A DNA stretch of 13,012 nucleotides. It comes from a virus. Lineage: Duplodnaviria > Heunggongvirae > Uroviricota > Caudoviricetes. The notes beneath the pieces are model-generated. The model made no database searches. It saw only the letters and a list, made by a program, of their open reading frames with translations, and was not told the origin of the DNA. Shown here piece after piece: positions 1 to 7,422 of this stretch. The first letter of the stretch is position 1, and each line of letters begins with the position of its first letter. The translations under genes and the position numbers were made by a program. Where the stretch lies: the IMG/VR virus record IMGVR_UViG_2667527633_000002. One strand, 5' to 3'.

Positions 1-1
1 A

Positions 2-1297
2 TTAATTTTTCATTGCTTCGTTATGGGGCATGGTTGGGGCAAACTCGCTTAACTGTGTATTTAACAAAGCTACCTGTGCATTATTGTTTTCAGACATCCA
101 TTTTCCGTATACCTGAAATACCATTTGCGCATCTGCATGGCCCATCTGGTTTGCTATAAATGCCGGGTTAGCACCAGCTGTCAGCGACCAGCAGGCATAA
201 GTATGTCTCGACTGATATGATTTTCGATGGCGGAGTCCGGCACGTTTTATCGCTGCGTCCCACATCTGCCTTATTGAGTCAACGGTAAAATGGTCACCAT
301 AATTTTTTACTCTCGCTGACACTTCAGGTTGAAAAACAAAGGTGCATTTATGTTTTTCTGTTCTGCCATACTCTCTGAGGTGAACATCAATGATATGCTC
401 TTTGCTCAGTCTCGTTAATGTCATCTGACTCCGGAGAGCGTCGATTGCTGGCTTAATAAGATGAATGACCCGATTGGTTCCCGCCTGTGTTTTTGGTACC
501 GTGAAACGGTCTTTTGCTAAATTTCTCCTGATCATCATTGTTCCATTTTTCAGATCTATGTCCTCCCATCCAAGTGCACACAGCTCACCAGGGCGAACGC
601 CAGTATAAACAGAAACACACCATAAATTTTTGGCTTGCTGATTTCTGCACGCATCGATAAGACGGATGAATTCCTCCCGCGAAAGAGGATCCGGAATGGT
701 TCTTGATTCCTTTAATGGCGAGATCCCCTTAAACGGGTTATCTGCCAGGTAACCGTTATCAACACCAAACTGGAACACGGCGTTAAGATTTGTCATGTAA
801 TTATTTACAGTTACAGCCGATCTCCCTGGTTGTGTAACAATATAGTTACTTTTGGGGATCTGGTATCCAGTCAGTAGCTCTTTACGAACCTCCAGTAATT
901 TTTCTTTATTAATCGATGAGGCAAGATTTTTTTCACCGATTATGCTCAGGATATTTTTGATGACGGCACGGTATGTGTTGAGTGATGTTTTTGCGACTTC
1001 AGTTTCTTTCAGTGCCAGAAATTTTTCAGCCAGTTCTTTTATGGTTAAATCTTGTCGGGTCTCACCAAATTTTTCCAGATTGCGTGAGGAGGGAAACTGT
1101 TTTGCATAGTCGAAAACACCAGTTTTTATTGCGTAACAAACAGAGGCGCGTAGCTCACCTGCAACGCGCCTGTTTTTTGCTGTGTCAGGAACCCCCAGGT
1201 TTTCCCTGACTCTTACGCCTTTATAAACAAACCAGATACGTAATTTCCCTCCATGGTTTTCCACGCCTGTCGGATATTTCATTTCAATTTCTCTCAT
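2..1297 (-). CDS. Phage tyrosine-type site-specific integrase
   Basis: 431-aa ORF running to the window edge. The C-terminal region has a tyrosine-recombinase-like R...H-x-x-R...Y pattern (RHRKSYQSRHTYACWSL...HADAQMVFQVYGKWM). An excisionase-like gene sits immediately upstream on the same strand. A second in-frame ATG at 1282 (MKYPTGV...) has a better GAGAG Shine-Dalgarno and may be the true start. The attachment site would lie left of the window. Confidence 0.9.
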   Translation of the reverse strand: MREIEMKYPTGVENHGGKLRIWFVYKGVRVRENLGVPDTAKNRRVAGELRASVCYAIKTGVFDYAKQFPSSRNLEKFGETRQDLTIKELAEKFLALKETEVAKTSLNTYRAVIKNILSIIGEKNLASSINKEKLLEVRKELLTGYQIPKSNYIVTQPGRSAVTVNNYMTNLNAVFQFGVDNGYLADNPFKGISPLKESRTIPDPLSREEFIRLIDACRNQQAKNLWCVSVYTGVRPGELCALGWEDIDLKNGTMMIRRNLAKDRFTVPKTQAGTNRVIHLIKPAIDALRSQMTLTRLSKEHIIDVHLREYGRTEKHKCTFVFQPEVSARVKNYGDHFTVDSIRQMWDAAIKRAGLRHRKSYQSRHTYACWSLTAGANPAFIANQMGHADAQMVFQVYGKWMSENNNAQVALLNTQLSEFAPTMPHNEAMKN

Positions 1298-1316
1298 TAG
1301 TTAGTGTGGCTTTTAG

Positions 1317-1568
1317 TCAAGTAAGATGACGTCTTGGTCTTGCTGATGCCTGGCGCTCAATCCAGCGATCAATTTCTTCCAGGTTGTAAAAGCATGGACT
1401 GTTATCCCATGGCATACCGTCATGAGCGACATGCTTATATTCCCTTCCTTCCATAAACGATTTTTCCCGGGCCTTTTTTAACGTACCTTTTTTTATTCCT
1501 TTCAGCGCAATTAACTGCTCTTCGGATACCCATTTGCCGGGAGAGACAATCATGATTACTTCGCTCAT
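1317..1568 (-). CDS. Excisionase-like protein (Xis)
   Basis: 83-aa ORF directly upstream of int on the same strand. Small size and position are typical of lambdoid excisionase-like proteins. The family call is from recollection, not a search. Confidence 0.65.
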   Translation of the reverse strand: MSEVIMIVSPGKWVSEEQLIALKGIKKGTLKKAREKSFMEGREYKHVAHDGMPWDNSPCFYNLEEIDRWIERQASARPRRHLT

Positions 1569-1597
1569 CGATTTCTTTATCTCTTACATCAGACGAG

Positions 1598-1629
1598 CGC
1601 CGGTTGCAGAATACCAGTCACAACCGGCG
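1598..1629. promoter_or_regulatory. 9-bp perfect inverted repeat between the exonuclease stop and the xis start
   Basis: CGCCGGTTG, 14-nt loop, CAACCGGCG. No U-tract on the transcribed (minus) strand. Confidence 0.35.
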
Positions 1630-1640
1630 ACAGTTGAACA

Positions 1641-4112
1641 TTAAGAATCAGCCTGACTCGGGATCAGTTTTTGCCAGATAACTGAAACGTATTTTGCCTG
1701 GTAACGGGCGTCATCAAGTGCATTATGGCGCTCACCTTCGAATGGAATAGCCGTTCTGGCATCGAAGTCTATGGCTTTCCCCAGCTCAACGATTGTGCGT
1801 ACATCGCGATCGTTGTAGTAACGCCACGGGCAGGGGATCCCCTGCCGTTCGTATGAACGGCGCAAAATCGTGTTGTCGAAGTTGGCTCCATTTCCCCAGA
1901 CCTGAACAAAAAATTCACCGGAGTTTTCGTCGATAAATTCCCACAATTGTAACAGTGCATCATCTAACGGGATTTCATCGGTCATAATGGCAGATTGCGC
2001 TTCGCGTGATTGCTTAAGCCACCATTTAATGGTGTCCCGATCAATGACTCCGCCAGCAGTTTCCAGATCGATAGTCTTACTAAATTCCGGTCCCATATCT
2101 CCGGTTTGCGGATCGAAAAATATTGCACCTATTGAGATGATCGGGGCATCAGGATTTTTTCCCATGGTTTCAAGGTCGATCATTAGATGGTCACACGTCC
2201 TGCTGGTGGATGTGATTTCTTGATGACCGTTCACCTTAATTGAGTGATCTGCCGTCTCGCCAGTTTCATTATCGCTATCGTGATGCTGATTGCCGCCAGT
2301 GTTCTCCTTGTGTGGATGTTCAGCGCCTTCCATTTCCTCCGGATCATCTTCCTGAACTTCAATCTGATACTCTTCATCGAATGTTTCCTGGTATGTTGCG
2401 TCGCCCATTACCGCGCCACAATCAGGGCAGTTGCCGCCGCCGGTCTGACCGCAGGCGGTGCAGACTTTTTCCACTTCCTGTTGCGCCACTGATTCAGGCT
2501 GTTTCGTTTCTGGCTCGTTTTGTAACGCATTTGGGCTGTTTTGTTCCGCTTTTTGGTAGTTCCGTTCCGATTCATGCTGGTTCTGGTTCACAGAATCGCG
2601 GGTCTGGATCCCCTTAACCCATTTCGGATCATTCGGGTCACTAATCCCTTCAACAAATTCACCACGTGATGCAGCAAGCAACTTATCGGCGTCAGGCTGG
2701 ATGATATTGGCTGCCTGCATAATTTTGTTTACTTCGTCAGCGGTAACTTTTATCGGCTCTGGTTGTTCTGAATCTTCAGCGGTATCTACATTTTGCGGTA
2801 AGCCCGTGTATGTGCCATTTTTTCGGGCAAAATATTCTTCTTTTGTGATTTCAGTGGCGCCAGCAGCCAGTGCCTTATCCAGACCAGAAAGTTTGTTTGC
2901 GCGACCGTATTTTTCTCCGTCCTTATCTGCGAAGAGGAAATAGAACGGCCCCTCACGCTCTACAGATGGTTCAGCTTCCGGCGCGGTTTCATTTTTTGGG
3001 ATATCAGATACCTCAGTTTCCACTGCATCAGTTTGTGTTTCTGATGACTGGAGAACATCAACAGTGCCCAGGTCTGTTTCTTCATTCTCAAACACGCCCT
3101 TTGTCGTCAGGTATTCGCAGATATATTTGTTCAGTGCTACGGGATCTTTGTGAATGTCGATCGGACGCTCACGGACAAGGCCAAAAATAGTTTGGCGGTC
3201 GTAGCGAAGGGCATCAGGCTGTTTGCGCATTGATGCCGAGATACGCTTCCAGTCTTCGCGGTCGTTGTCGATAACTTCATTTTTTGCCCAGCGATGGATG
3301 CTGCCGTCAATGTTTCCGGCATCCACATCACCAGGCCAGAGAGCGTAGGCCAGTTCGTCATCCAGTGTTTTCCATGTCTGCTTGTATTCGCGATGAATGG
3401 CAGCAATGACCGGGCTGATTTTTCCTGTTGAATTTTCAGTGTACTGTTGATTGGCTCTGGCGCGGGCGAGATCAACAACAGACGTGTATTTTCCGGTTTC
3501 CTTGCGTTCACCTTCGCGACGTTTTTTCCAGATGCGCATCTCTGCCTGAATTTCGGGCCATTTAGCACCAGGAATACATTTATGCTTAACCCACCCAATG
3601 GCGTGCAACTTAAGCTCCGGATACATGGCGTTAACTTCTGGCATTTTCATCAACGCTTCAACGATATGTCCGTCGAATGTTGCCATGTCTTCCTGCAACA
3701 ATTCCTGTGCGCTAATAACCATATCAACGGTGATGTTTTCACATGTGTCGAACTTAACCATGACAGCGTTCTGTACTTCAGGGGCCAGCTTGTCAAAAGT
3801 GACGTTCATCGGATCGGATTCAGTCTCAACCGGGACAAAAGAAGCAGACTCCTCATCCCAGCGGTTTTCCTGCATATATTCAGCATCCCATGAATCGAGG
3901 GCAGGGCGGGGTATGCCAGGTTTATCCTCGCAGACAATAAATTTATAAGCGCAGTCCTGAGCAGCCGGATAATGTTCCAGGAATTGCCAGTGAAATTTTG
4001 CTCGAGCACGGCGTTCGTCGCCAGCTTCAATGGCTGTGGCTACAGCCACAGCGCCTTCTTCCCTTGTTGCCAGTTCGTCAGGAATAGCGGCGCAAATAAA
4101 GACTTTACTCAT
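1641..4112 (-). CDS. Prophage exonuclease with C-terminal DnaQ-like DEDDh 3'-5' exonuclease domain (full-length relative of the K-12 YdfE fragment, often annotated exodeoxyribonuclease VIII)
   Basis: Long ORF (835 codons from a TTG at 4148; 823 aa from the ATG at 4112, which has a GAGG Shine-Dalgarno 9 nt upstream). The C-terminus carries the three DEDDh motifs: MIDLETMG, VWGNGANFD and HNALDDARY. The middle is a long acidic low-complexity stretch containing a Cys4 motif CTACGQTGGGNCPDCG. The N-terminus MSKVFICAAIPDELATREEG matches my memory of K-12 ydfE. Confidence 0.85.
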   Translation of the reverse strand: MSKVFICAAIPDELATREEGAVAVATAIEAGDERRARAKFHWQFLEHYPAAQDCAYKFIVCEDKPGIPRPALDSWDAEYMQENRWDEESASFVPVETESDPMNVTFDKLAPEVQNAVMVKFDTCENITVDMVISAQELLQEDMATFDGHIVEALMKMPEVNAMYPELKLHAIGWVKHKCIPGAKWPEIQAEMRIWKKRREGERKETGKYTSVVDLARARANQQYTENSTGKISPVIAAIHREYKQTWKTLDDELAYALWPGDVDAGNIDGSIHRWAKNEVIDNDREDWKRISASMRKQPDALRYDRQTIFGLVRERPIDIHKDPVALNKYICEYLTTKGVFENEETDLGTVDVLQSSETQTDAVETEVSDIPKNETAPEAEPSVEREGPFYFLFADKDGEKYGRANKLSGLDKALAAGATEITKEEYFARKNGTYTGLPQNVDTAEDSEQPEPIKVTADEVNKIMQAANIIQPDADKLLAASRGEFVEGISDPNDPKWVKGIQTRDSVNQNQHESERNYQKAEQNSPNALQNEPETKQPESVAQQEVEKVCTACGQTGGGNCPDCGAVMGDATYQETFDEEYQIEVQEDDPEEMEGAEHPHKENTGGNQHHDSDNETGETADHSIKVNGHQEITSTSRTCDHLMIDLETMGKNPDAPIISIGAIFFDPQTGDMGPEFSKTIDLETAGGVIDRDTIKWWLKQSREAQSAIMTDEIPLDDALLQLWEFIDENSGEFFVQVWGNGANFDNTILRRSYERQGIPCPWRYYNDRDVRTIVELGKAIDFDARTAIPFEGERHNALDDARYQAKYVSVIWQKLIPSQADS

Positions 4113-4204
4113 TTGTTTTAACCTCATGACAGATTTAAGGATGAACAAATCCCTGCCATTGCTGGCATATAAGAATGAAACCGGATATTTATTACGGAAC
4201 TGTT

Positions 4205-4396
4205 TTAAAGACCTGCCGGGATTTCGATATTATCCTGGTGAATAACTTTATCGACCGGGTAACAGTTACCGGGAATTTTCTGTTCGGTTGCTGCAGTCAT
4301 ACACTCCTGCATTGTCCTGTGAACACTGACTGCAATATCAACTGGCTCTCCGGAAACAAGAAAAACTGTCAGAACAAGCACAAATGCTGAATTCAT
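4205..4396 (-). CDS. ydfD: YdfD-like small membrane lysis protein
   Basis: 63-aa product MNSAFVLVLTVFLVSGEPVDIAVSVHRTM... with one hydrophobic N-terminal helix. AGGA Shine-Dalgarno 8 nt upstream. Its ATG overlaps the dicB stop in an ATGA arrangement. Position downstream of dicB is as in Qin. The internal start was chosen over the longer 81-aa ORF in the track. Confidence 0.75.
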   Translation of the reverse strand: MNSAFVLVLTVFLVSGEPVDIAVSVHRTMQECMTAATEQKIPGNCYPVDKVIHQDNIEIPAGL

Positions 4397-4581
4397 TGTG
4401 CACATCCTTTTGGCATCAGACGTAAACGAGCCAGCATTGAAACAATGCATATTTTATTTAATAGCTCCCGTTCTTGTTTTCTCTTGTTAATGGCATCTTC
4501 AGTAAATACTGGGTTACTGATAGTGACACCAATTTCAAAACAACCTTCAGACGTATTAACGTTTGGTAATAACGTTTTCAT
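4393..4581 (-). CDS. dicB: Cell division inhibitor DicB (MinC-interacting)
   Basis: 62-aa product MKTLLPNVNTSEGCFEIGVTISNPVFTEDAINKRKQERELLNKICIVSMLARLRLMPKGCAQ, recognised as DicB from memory. GAGGA Shine-Dalgarno 7 nt upstream of the ATG at 4581. Located immediately downstream of the dicF sequence. Confidence 0.8.
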   Translation of the reverse strand: MKTLLPNVNTSEGCFEIGVTISNPVFTEDAINKRKQERELLNKICIVSMLARLRLMPKGCAQ

Positions 4582-4750
4582 TATCGCGTCCTCAACAATG
4601 AATTTTGTGATGCAGTGCCTGGTGCCTCCAGGTGACGTTAACCAGTTAACAATTAACGCCGGATACAGAGAATCCACCCATAACACTGTTTTTGGTTTTA
4701 ACTGTTCCGCGTGCGCTCAGCCGCATTCACCACATCACAAAATTCACTTT

Positions 4751-4808
4751 AAAAAGGGCGGCAGAGCAGTCACGGAGTAAAACTGATACCGCCAAACGTC
4801 ACCAGAAA
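4751..4808 (-). ncRNA. dicF: DicF small regulatory RNA (ftsZ-targeting), including terminator U-tract
   Basis: The minus-strand sequence TTTCTGGTGACGTTTGGCGGTATCAGTTTTACTCCGTGACTGCTCTGCCGCCCTTTTT matches the DicF sequence as I recall it. GGCGG and CCGCC arms followed by a T5 run form the terminator. Lies between ydfC and dicB as in the dicB operon. Confidence 0.75.
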
Positions 4809-5148
4809 ATTGATAACAGAGGGCGTTGCAGCGGGGTTGTCACTTAAGCGTATGGTCAACCTGACAACCCGGTGTCCTCAACGGGGAAGAAATAACCCCG
4901 CCATACTTACCGCCGCACCATTTCGCGGGTTGCCACAACCGGAAGCGCACGGTCGACGAAAATTTAACGACAGGCTATCTATGAACCAGCTACCTCGCCG
5001 TGCGCTTTCGCGTTATGGTCTGACTTTTCAGGGAAATATCCTTTCAGTAAACTGTCAGTGCCGGATGCTCACCCGTGTCCGGCGCACGCACTCCACCTCA
5101 CCCGTGGAGAACTCCTTAATTACCAACCTTAGCTTCGTTGGTTAGCTA

Positions 5149-5367
5149 TTAACGCGGGTATGTAATCATTCTGGCAATGCTTAATGCCGCTGCTTTTTCC
5201 AGATTGGTGATATCCTGCTCCAGAGCGGACAGATTTTCAGCCTGCTTAGCCCTGGCTTCATTGGCCCATTTCAGATCCTGCGCTGCATTAATTTTCTGGC
5301 GCATCCACTCATAAAGTTCATCATCGGTATAGTCTGGCGCGATGATGACGGGTTCTCGTTTCTGCAT
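5149..5367 (-). CDS. ydfC: YdfC-like protein of the dicB operon
   Basis: 72-aa ORF MQKREPVIIAPDYTDDELYEWMRQKINAAQ... with a GAGGA Shine-Dalgarno 6 nt upstream. Same strand and order as K-12 ydfC. Confidence 0.7.
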   Translation of the reverse strand: MQKREPVIIAPDYTDDELYEWMRQKINAAQDLKWANEARAKQAENLSALEQDITNLEKAAALSIARMITYPR

Positions 5368-5396
5368 ACTGATTCCTCGCGGTGCTGTTTCGCTTA

Positions 5397-5525
5397 TCAG
5401 CCGTTAGATTTTGCCGAACTGGAAAGCGCCTGTTTAAATTCGTTGAAGCTGTGAGCTTCTTCGCCTTCGGCAAGGCCTTCGAAGTATTCTTCGTAAGCCT
5501 TTTCCATGATTGTGTCAAAATCCAT
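5397..5525 (-). CDS. ydfB: YdfB-like small acidic protein (42 aa)
   Basis: Below the ORF-track size cut-off; found by translating the minus strand: MDFDTIMEKAYEEYFEGLAEGEEAHSFNEFKQALSSSAKSNG. AGGTGAG Shine-Dalgarno lies in the last codons of ydfA, and its start is 1 nt after the ydfA stop. Confidence 0.6.
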   Translation of the reverse strand: MDFDTIMEKAYEEYFEGLAEGEEAHSFNEFKQALSSSAKSNG

Positions 5526-5526
5526 A

Positions 5527-5682
5527 TCACTCACCTGAGTTTCTTTCCAGCCAGCGACGGGCACCATTTTCGGTTTTAAACGTTTTGCTTTTGGTATACG
5601 TCATTGCGGTGAAGGTGCCGTCCTGGTTTGGAAACACGCCGTACACCAGAGATTCGTTGTTGCCAAGATCGATAGTATCCAT
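5527..5682 (-). CDS. ydfA: YdfA-like protein (51 aa), first gene of the dicB operon
   Basis: Internal ATG of the 78-aa track ORF gives MDTIDLGNNESLVYGVFPNQDGTFTAMTYTKSKTFKTENGARRWLERNSGE, with a GAGG Shine-Dalgarno 5 nt upstream. Confidence 0.65.
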   Translation of the reverse strand: MDTIDLGNNESLVYGVFPNQDGTFTAMTYTKSKTFKTENGARRWLERNSGE

Positions 5683-5861
5683 GCTGACCTCATTTCCCCT
5701 TAACGCCGGGGTAGCGGAACAAAAACCTGCTGCATAGTTATTAAAGTTGAACCCTGCCGTCATGTTCTTACGCCTCGGGCTGGCTACTTAACCCCTGACC
5801 ACTGCCTGGTAACTCGAAGTATTGCCCTGCATTCTGTAGGATGGGGTGAGGGAATGAATGA

Positions 5862-5890
5862 AGTTTAGAAAGACGAACTTTCCAGGTCAA
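5862..5890 (-). promoter_or_regulatory. Candidate sigma70 promoter for the ydfA-dicB-exo-xis-int operon (pL analogue)
   Basis: Minus-strand TTGACC (5890..5885), 17-nt spacer, TAAACT (5867..5862). Sits between the repressor stop and ydfA. Not verified. Confidence 0.3.
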
Positions 5891-5910
5891 TGTTTTTTTA
5901 TCAAAACATT
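5889..5910. promoter_or_regulatory. Operator-like palindrome (OL analogue)
   Basis: Perfect inverted repeat AATGTTTT-TTTATC-AAAACATT: 8-bp arms, 6-bp spacer. Abuts the candidate -35. Same arm sequence and spacing as the palindrome at 6612-6631. Confidence 0.4.
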
Positions 5911-5974
5911 TTAAGCAGGCAGCTGTTAAGCCATCACCACGATGGCATACAGTTAATCAAATAGATGAGGTTGG

Positions 5975-6613
5975 TTAAATATCTTGTTGAATTTTAAAGC
6001 ATACGCCCAATATGCAAGATAGATCATCCAGCATAATTGAAGGGTAGCGAGGATTCGTGGGGACTAAAAGAATATCCGGCCCTTCTATCTCCAGTTTACG
6101 AATGACAGGTGTTGTGGTCCCTTTGGGTAAGGCAAGGACAATATTTCCTGGTTGTACGGTTCGATCGGGATCAACAAAAACTGTTGAACCATTTGGGATG
6201 GAAACTCCCCCACCAGATGTTGACATACTGTCACTCTCTAGAACAACTGCAAAGGTATTGACCGGGATTTCTCCGACAAGCTGCACACAAGAGGTTATTG
6301 AGGAATTTTTCATATAATCACTCCAGCTTGCTGCCTGCTGAAGTGATAGTAGCGGAACCGTTTTTATCGGCGGTAAAGATAGATCAAGCGAATCACCTGT
6401 ATTTAACTCTCCTCCATTAAGAAGCCAATTTTCGTTTACTTTCAATATTTTTGCCAGTGAACTTATGTAACGCGAGGACGGCGCTCCTCCACCGTTCATC
6501 CATTGACTTACGGAGCCTTTTGATGCGCCAGTGCCATTGACAAGGTCTTTGCCTTTCAGGTTTAGCGCATGCATACGTTGGGTTATGCGTTCAGATATAG
6601 TTTGCTTGCTCAT
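5975..6613 (-). CDS. CI/LexA-like prophage repressor (N-terminal XRE HTH, C-terminal S24 autopeptidase)
   Basis: 212 aa. N-terminus has an HTH-like segment. C-terminus has an S24-like serine (VLESDSMS) and lysine (VIRKL). Transcribed divergently from the Cro-like gene. No Shine-Dalgarno precedes the ATG, and a TAAAAT hexamer ends 6 nt upstream of it, suggesting a leaderless mRNA. Confidence 0.9.
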   Translation of the reverse strand: MSKQTISERITQRMHALNLKGKDLVNGTGASKGSVSQWMNGGGAPSSRYISSLAKILKVNENWLLNGGELNTGDSLDLSLPPIKTVPLLSLQQAASWSDYMKNSSITSCVQLVGEIPVNTFAVVLESDSMSTSGGGVSIPNGSTVFVDPDRTVQPGNIVLALPKGTTTPVIRKLEIEGPDILLVPTNPRYPSIMLDDLSCILGVCFKIQQDI

Positions 6614-6631
6614 GTTTTGATTTTAAAACAC
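6612..6631. promoter_or_regulatory. Operator-like palindrome (OR analogue) overlapping the repressor start codon
   Basis: ATGTTTT-GATTTT-AAAACAC: 7-bp arms (6/7 complementary), 6-bp spacer. Same architecture as 5889-5910. A degenerate relative, GTTTTGATTATTAAAC, lies at 6660-6675. Confidence 0.4.
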
Positions 6632-6646
6632 AGATGGTTTTGTTTC

Positions 6647-6675
6647 TTGACTTTCTTTGGTTTTGATTATTAAAC
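6647..6675 (+). promoter_or_regulatory. Candidate promoter for the Cro-like gene (pR analogue)
   Basis: TTGACT at 6647-6652. A weak -10 candidate follows (TATTAA at 6668-6673 or TTAAAC at 6670-6675). Overlaps the degenerate operator-like site. Low confidence. Confidence 0.3.
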
Positions 6676-6704
6676 TTTTGACGTTCAGTTTTATGGAGCG
6701 ACTC

Positions 6705-6935
6705 ATGAAAAAATCAGAAGTATTAGGCTATTTTGGCGGAGTTGTTAAAACAGCCGCAGCTCTAGGAACGTCAAAAACCACAGTCAGCATGTGGGGGGAA
6801 GAGGTTCCGTGGAAATGGGCGTTGCTAATTCAGGCAGTCACTGCCGGGGCGCTCAAATATGAGTTACACATACCGACGGTTGTCATTCCCGGTTCTGATC
6901 ATAATCCGCCTTCTAACCAAGGGGGGGATTCATGA
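6705..6935 (+). CDS. Cro/YdaS/DicC-like small HTH regulator
   Basis: 76-aa product MKKSEVLGYFGGVVKTAAALGTSKTTVSMWGE... from the internal ATG, with a GGAG Shine-Dalgarno 6 nt upstream. Divergent from the repressor. Its stop overlaps the next gene's start (ATGA). Confidence 0.75.
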   Translation: MKKSEVLGYFGGVVKTAAALGTSKTTVSMWGEEVPWKWALLIQAVTAGALKYELHIPTVVIPGSDHNPPSNQGGDS

Positions 6936-7357
6936 AAATCAAGCATGAACACATCCGCATGGCGATGAATGCCTGGGCGCATCCGGACGGCGAAAAAGTA
7001 CCGGCTGCGAAAATTACCAAAGCGTATTTCGAGCTGGGAATGACGTTCCCGGAACTGTATGACGACAGCCATCCGGAAGCCCTGGCTCGCAATACCCAGA
7101 AAATTTTCCGCTGGGTAGAGAAAGACACCCCTGATGCAGTTGAAAAAATTCAGGCGTTGTTACCAGCGATCGAAAAGGCAATGCCACCTTTGCTGGTGGC
7201 CAGAATGCGCAGCCACAGTTCAGCTTATTTTCGGGAGCTGGTGGAGACGCGGGAGCGACTGGTGAGAGACGCTGATGATTTTGTCGCAGTGGCAATCGCC
7301 GGTTTCAATCAGATGAACCGTGGTGGCCCGGCAGGAAATGCTGTGGCAGTACATTGA
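6932..7357 (+). CDS. YdaT-like protein (CII-like regulator; sometimes annotated toxin YdaT)
   Basis: 141 aa. Translationally coupled to the Cro-like gene. Occupies the cII position. The family assignment is from recollection of Rac YdaT-type proteins. Confidence 0.65.
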   Translation: MKIKHEHIRMAMNAWAHPDGEKVPAAKITKAYFELGMTFPELYDDSHPEALARNTQKIFRWVEKDTPDAVEKIQALLPAIEKAMPPLLVARMRSHSSAYFRELVETRERLVRDADDFVAVAIAGFNQMNRGGPAGNAVAVH

Positions 7358-7422
7358 CTGACAATAGCCATATCGAATCGCTTCCGGCAACTCGTGAGTA
7401 AAAAGATTCGGTATCAGAAGAG

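Noticed and set aside
852-1209. Plus-strand ORFs 852-1109 and 982-1209
   Set aside because: Antisense to the integrase gene and not protein-like.
1769-4030. Many 60-150-aa ORFs on both strands inside the exonuclease gene (for example 2240-2617 +, 3137-3598 -, 3447-3893 +)
   Set aside because: They lie entirely inside a long, well-supported minus-strand CDS. They have no ribosome-binding sites and show the low-complexity composition typical of off-frame translation.
4810-5145. 111-aa plus-strand ORF between ydfC and dicF
   Set aside because: Antisense to the dicB operon transcript. The region is dense in hairpins and has no Shine-Dalgarno, so it is more likely structured non-coding RNA.
5321-5763. 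Track ORFs 5321-5530 (-), 5382-5579 (+), 5510-5737 (+) and the long 78-aa form of 5527-5763 (-)
   Set aside because: The first three are off-frame overlaps of ydfA, ydfB and ydfC. The 78-aa form has no ribosome-binding site at its start, whereas the internal ATG giving the 51-aa YdfA has GAGG correctly spaced.
5979-5996. Possible third operator-like sequence TTGTTGAATTTTAAAGCA at the 3' end of the repressor gene
   Set aside because: Only about 13 of 18 positions match the palindrome consensus, and it lies inside coding sequence. Too weak to call.
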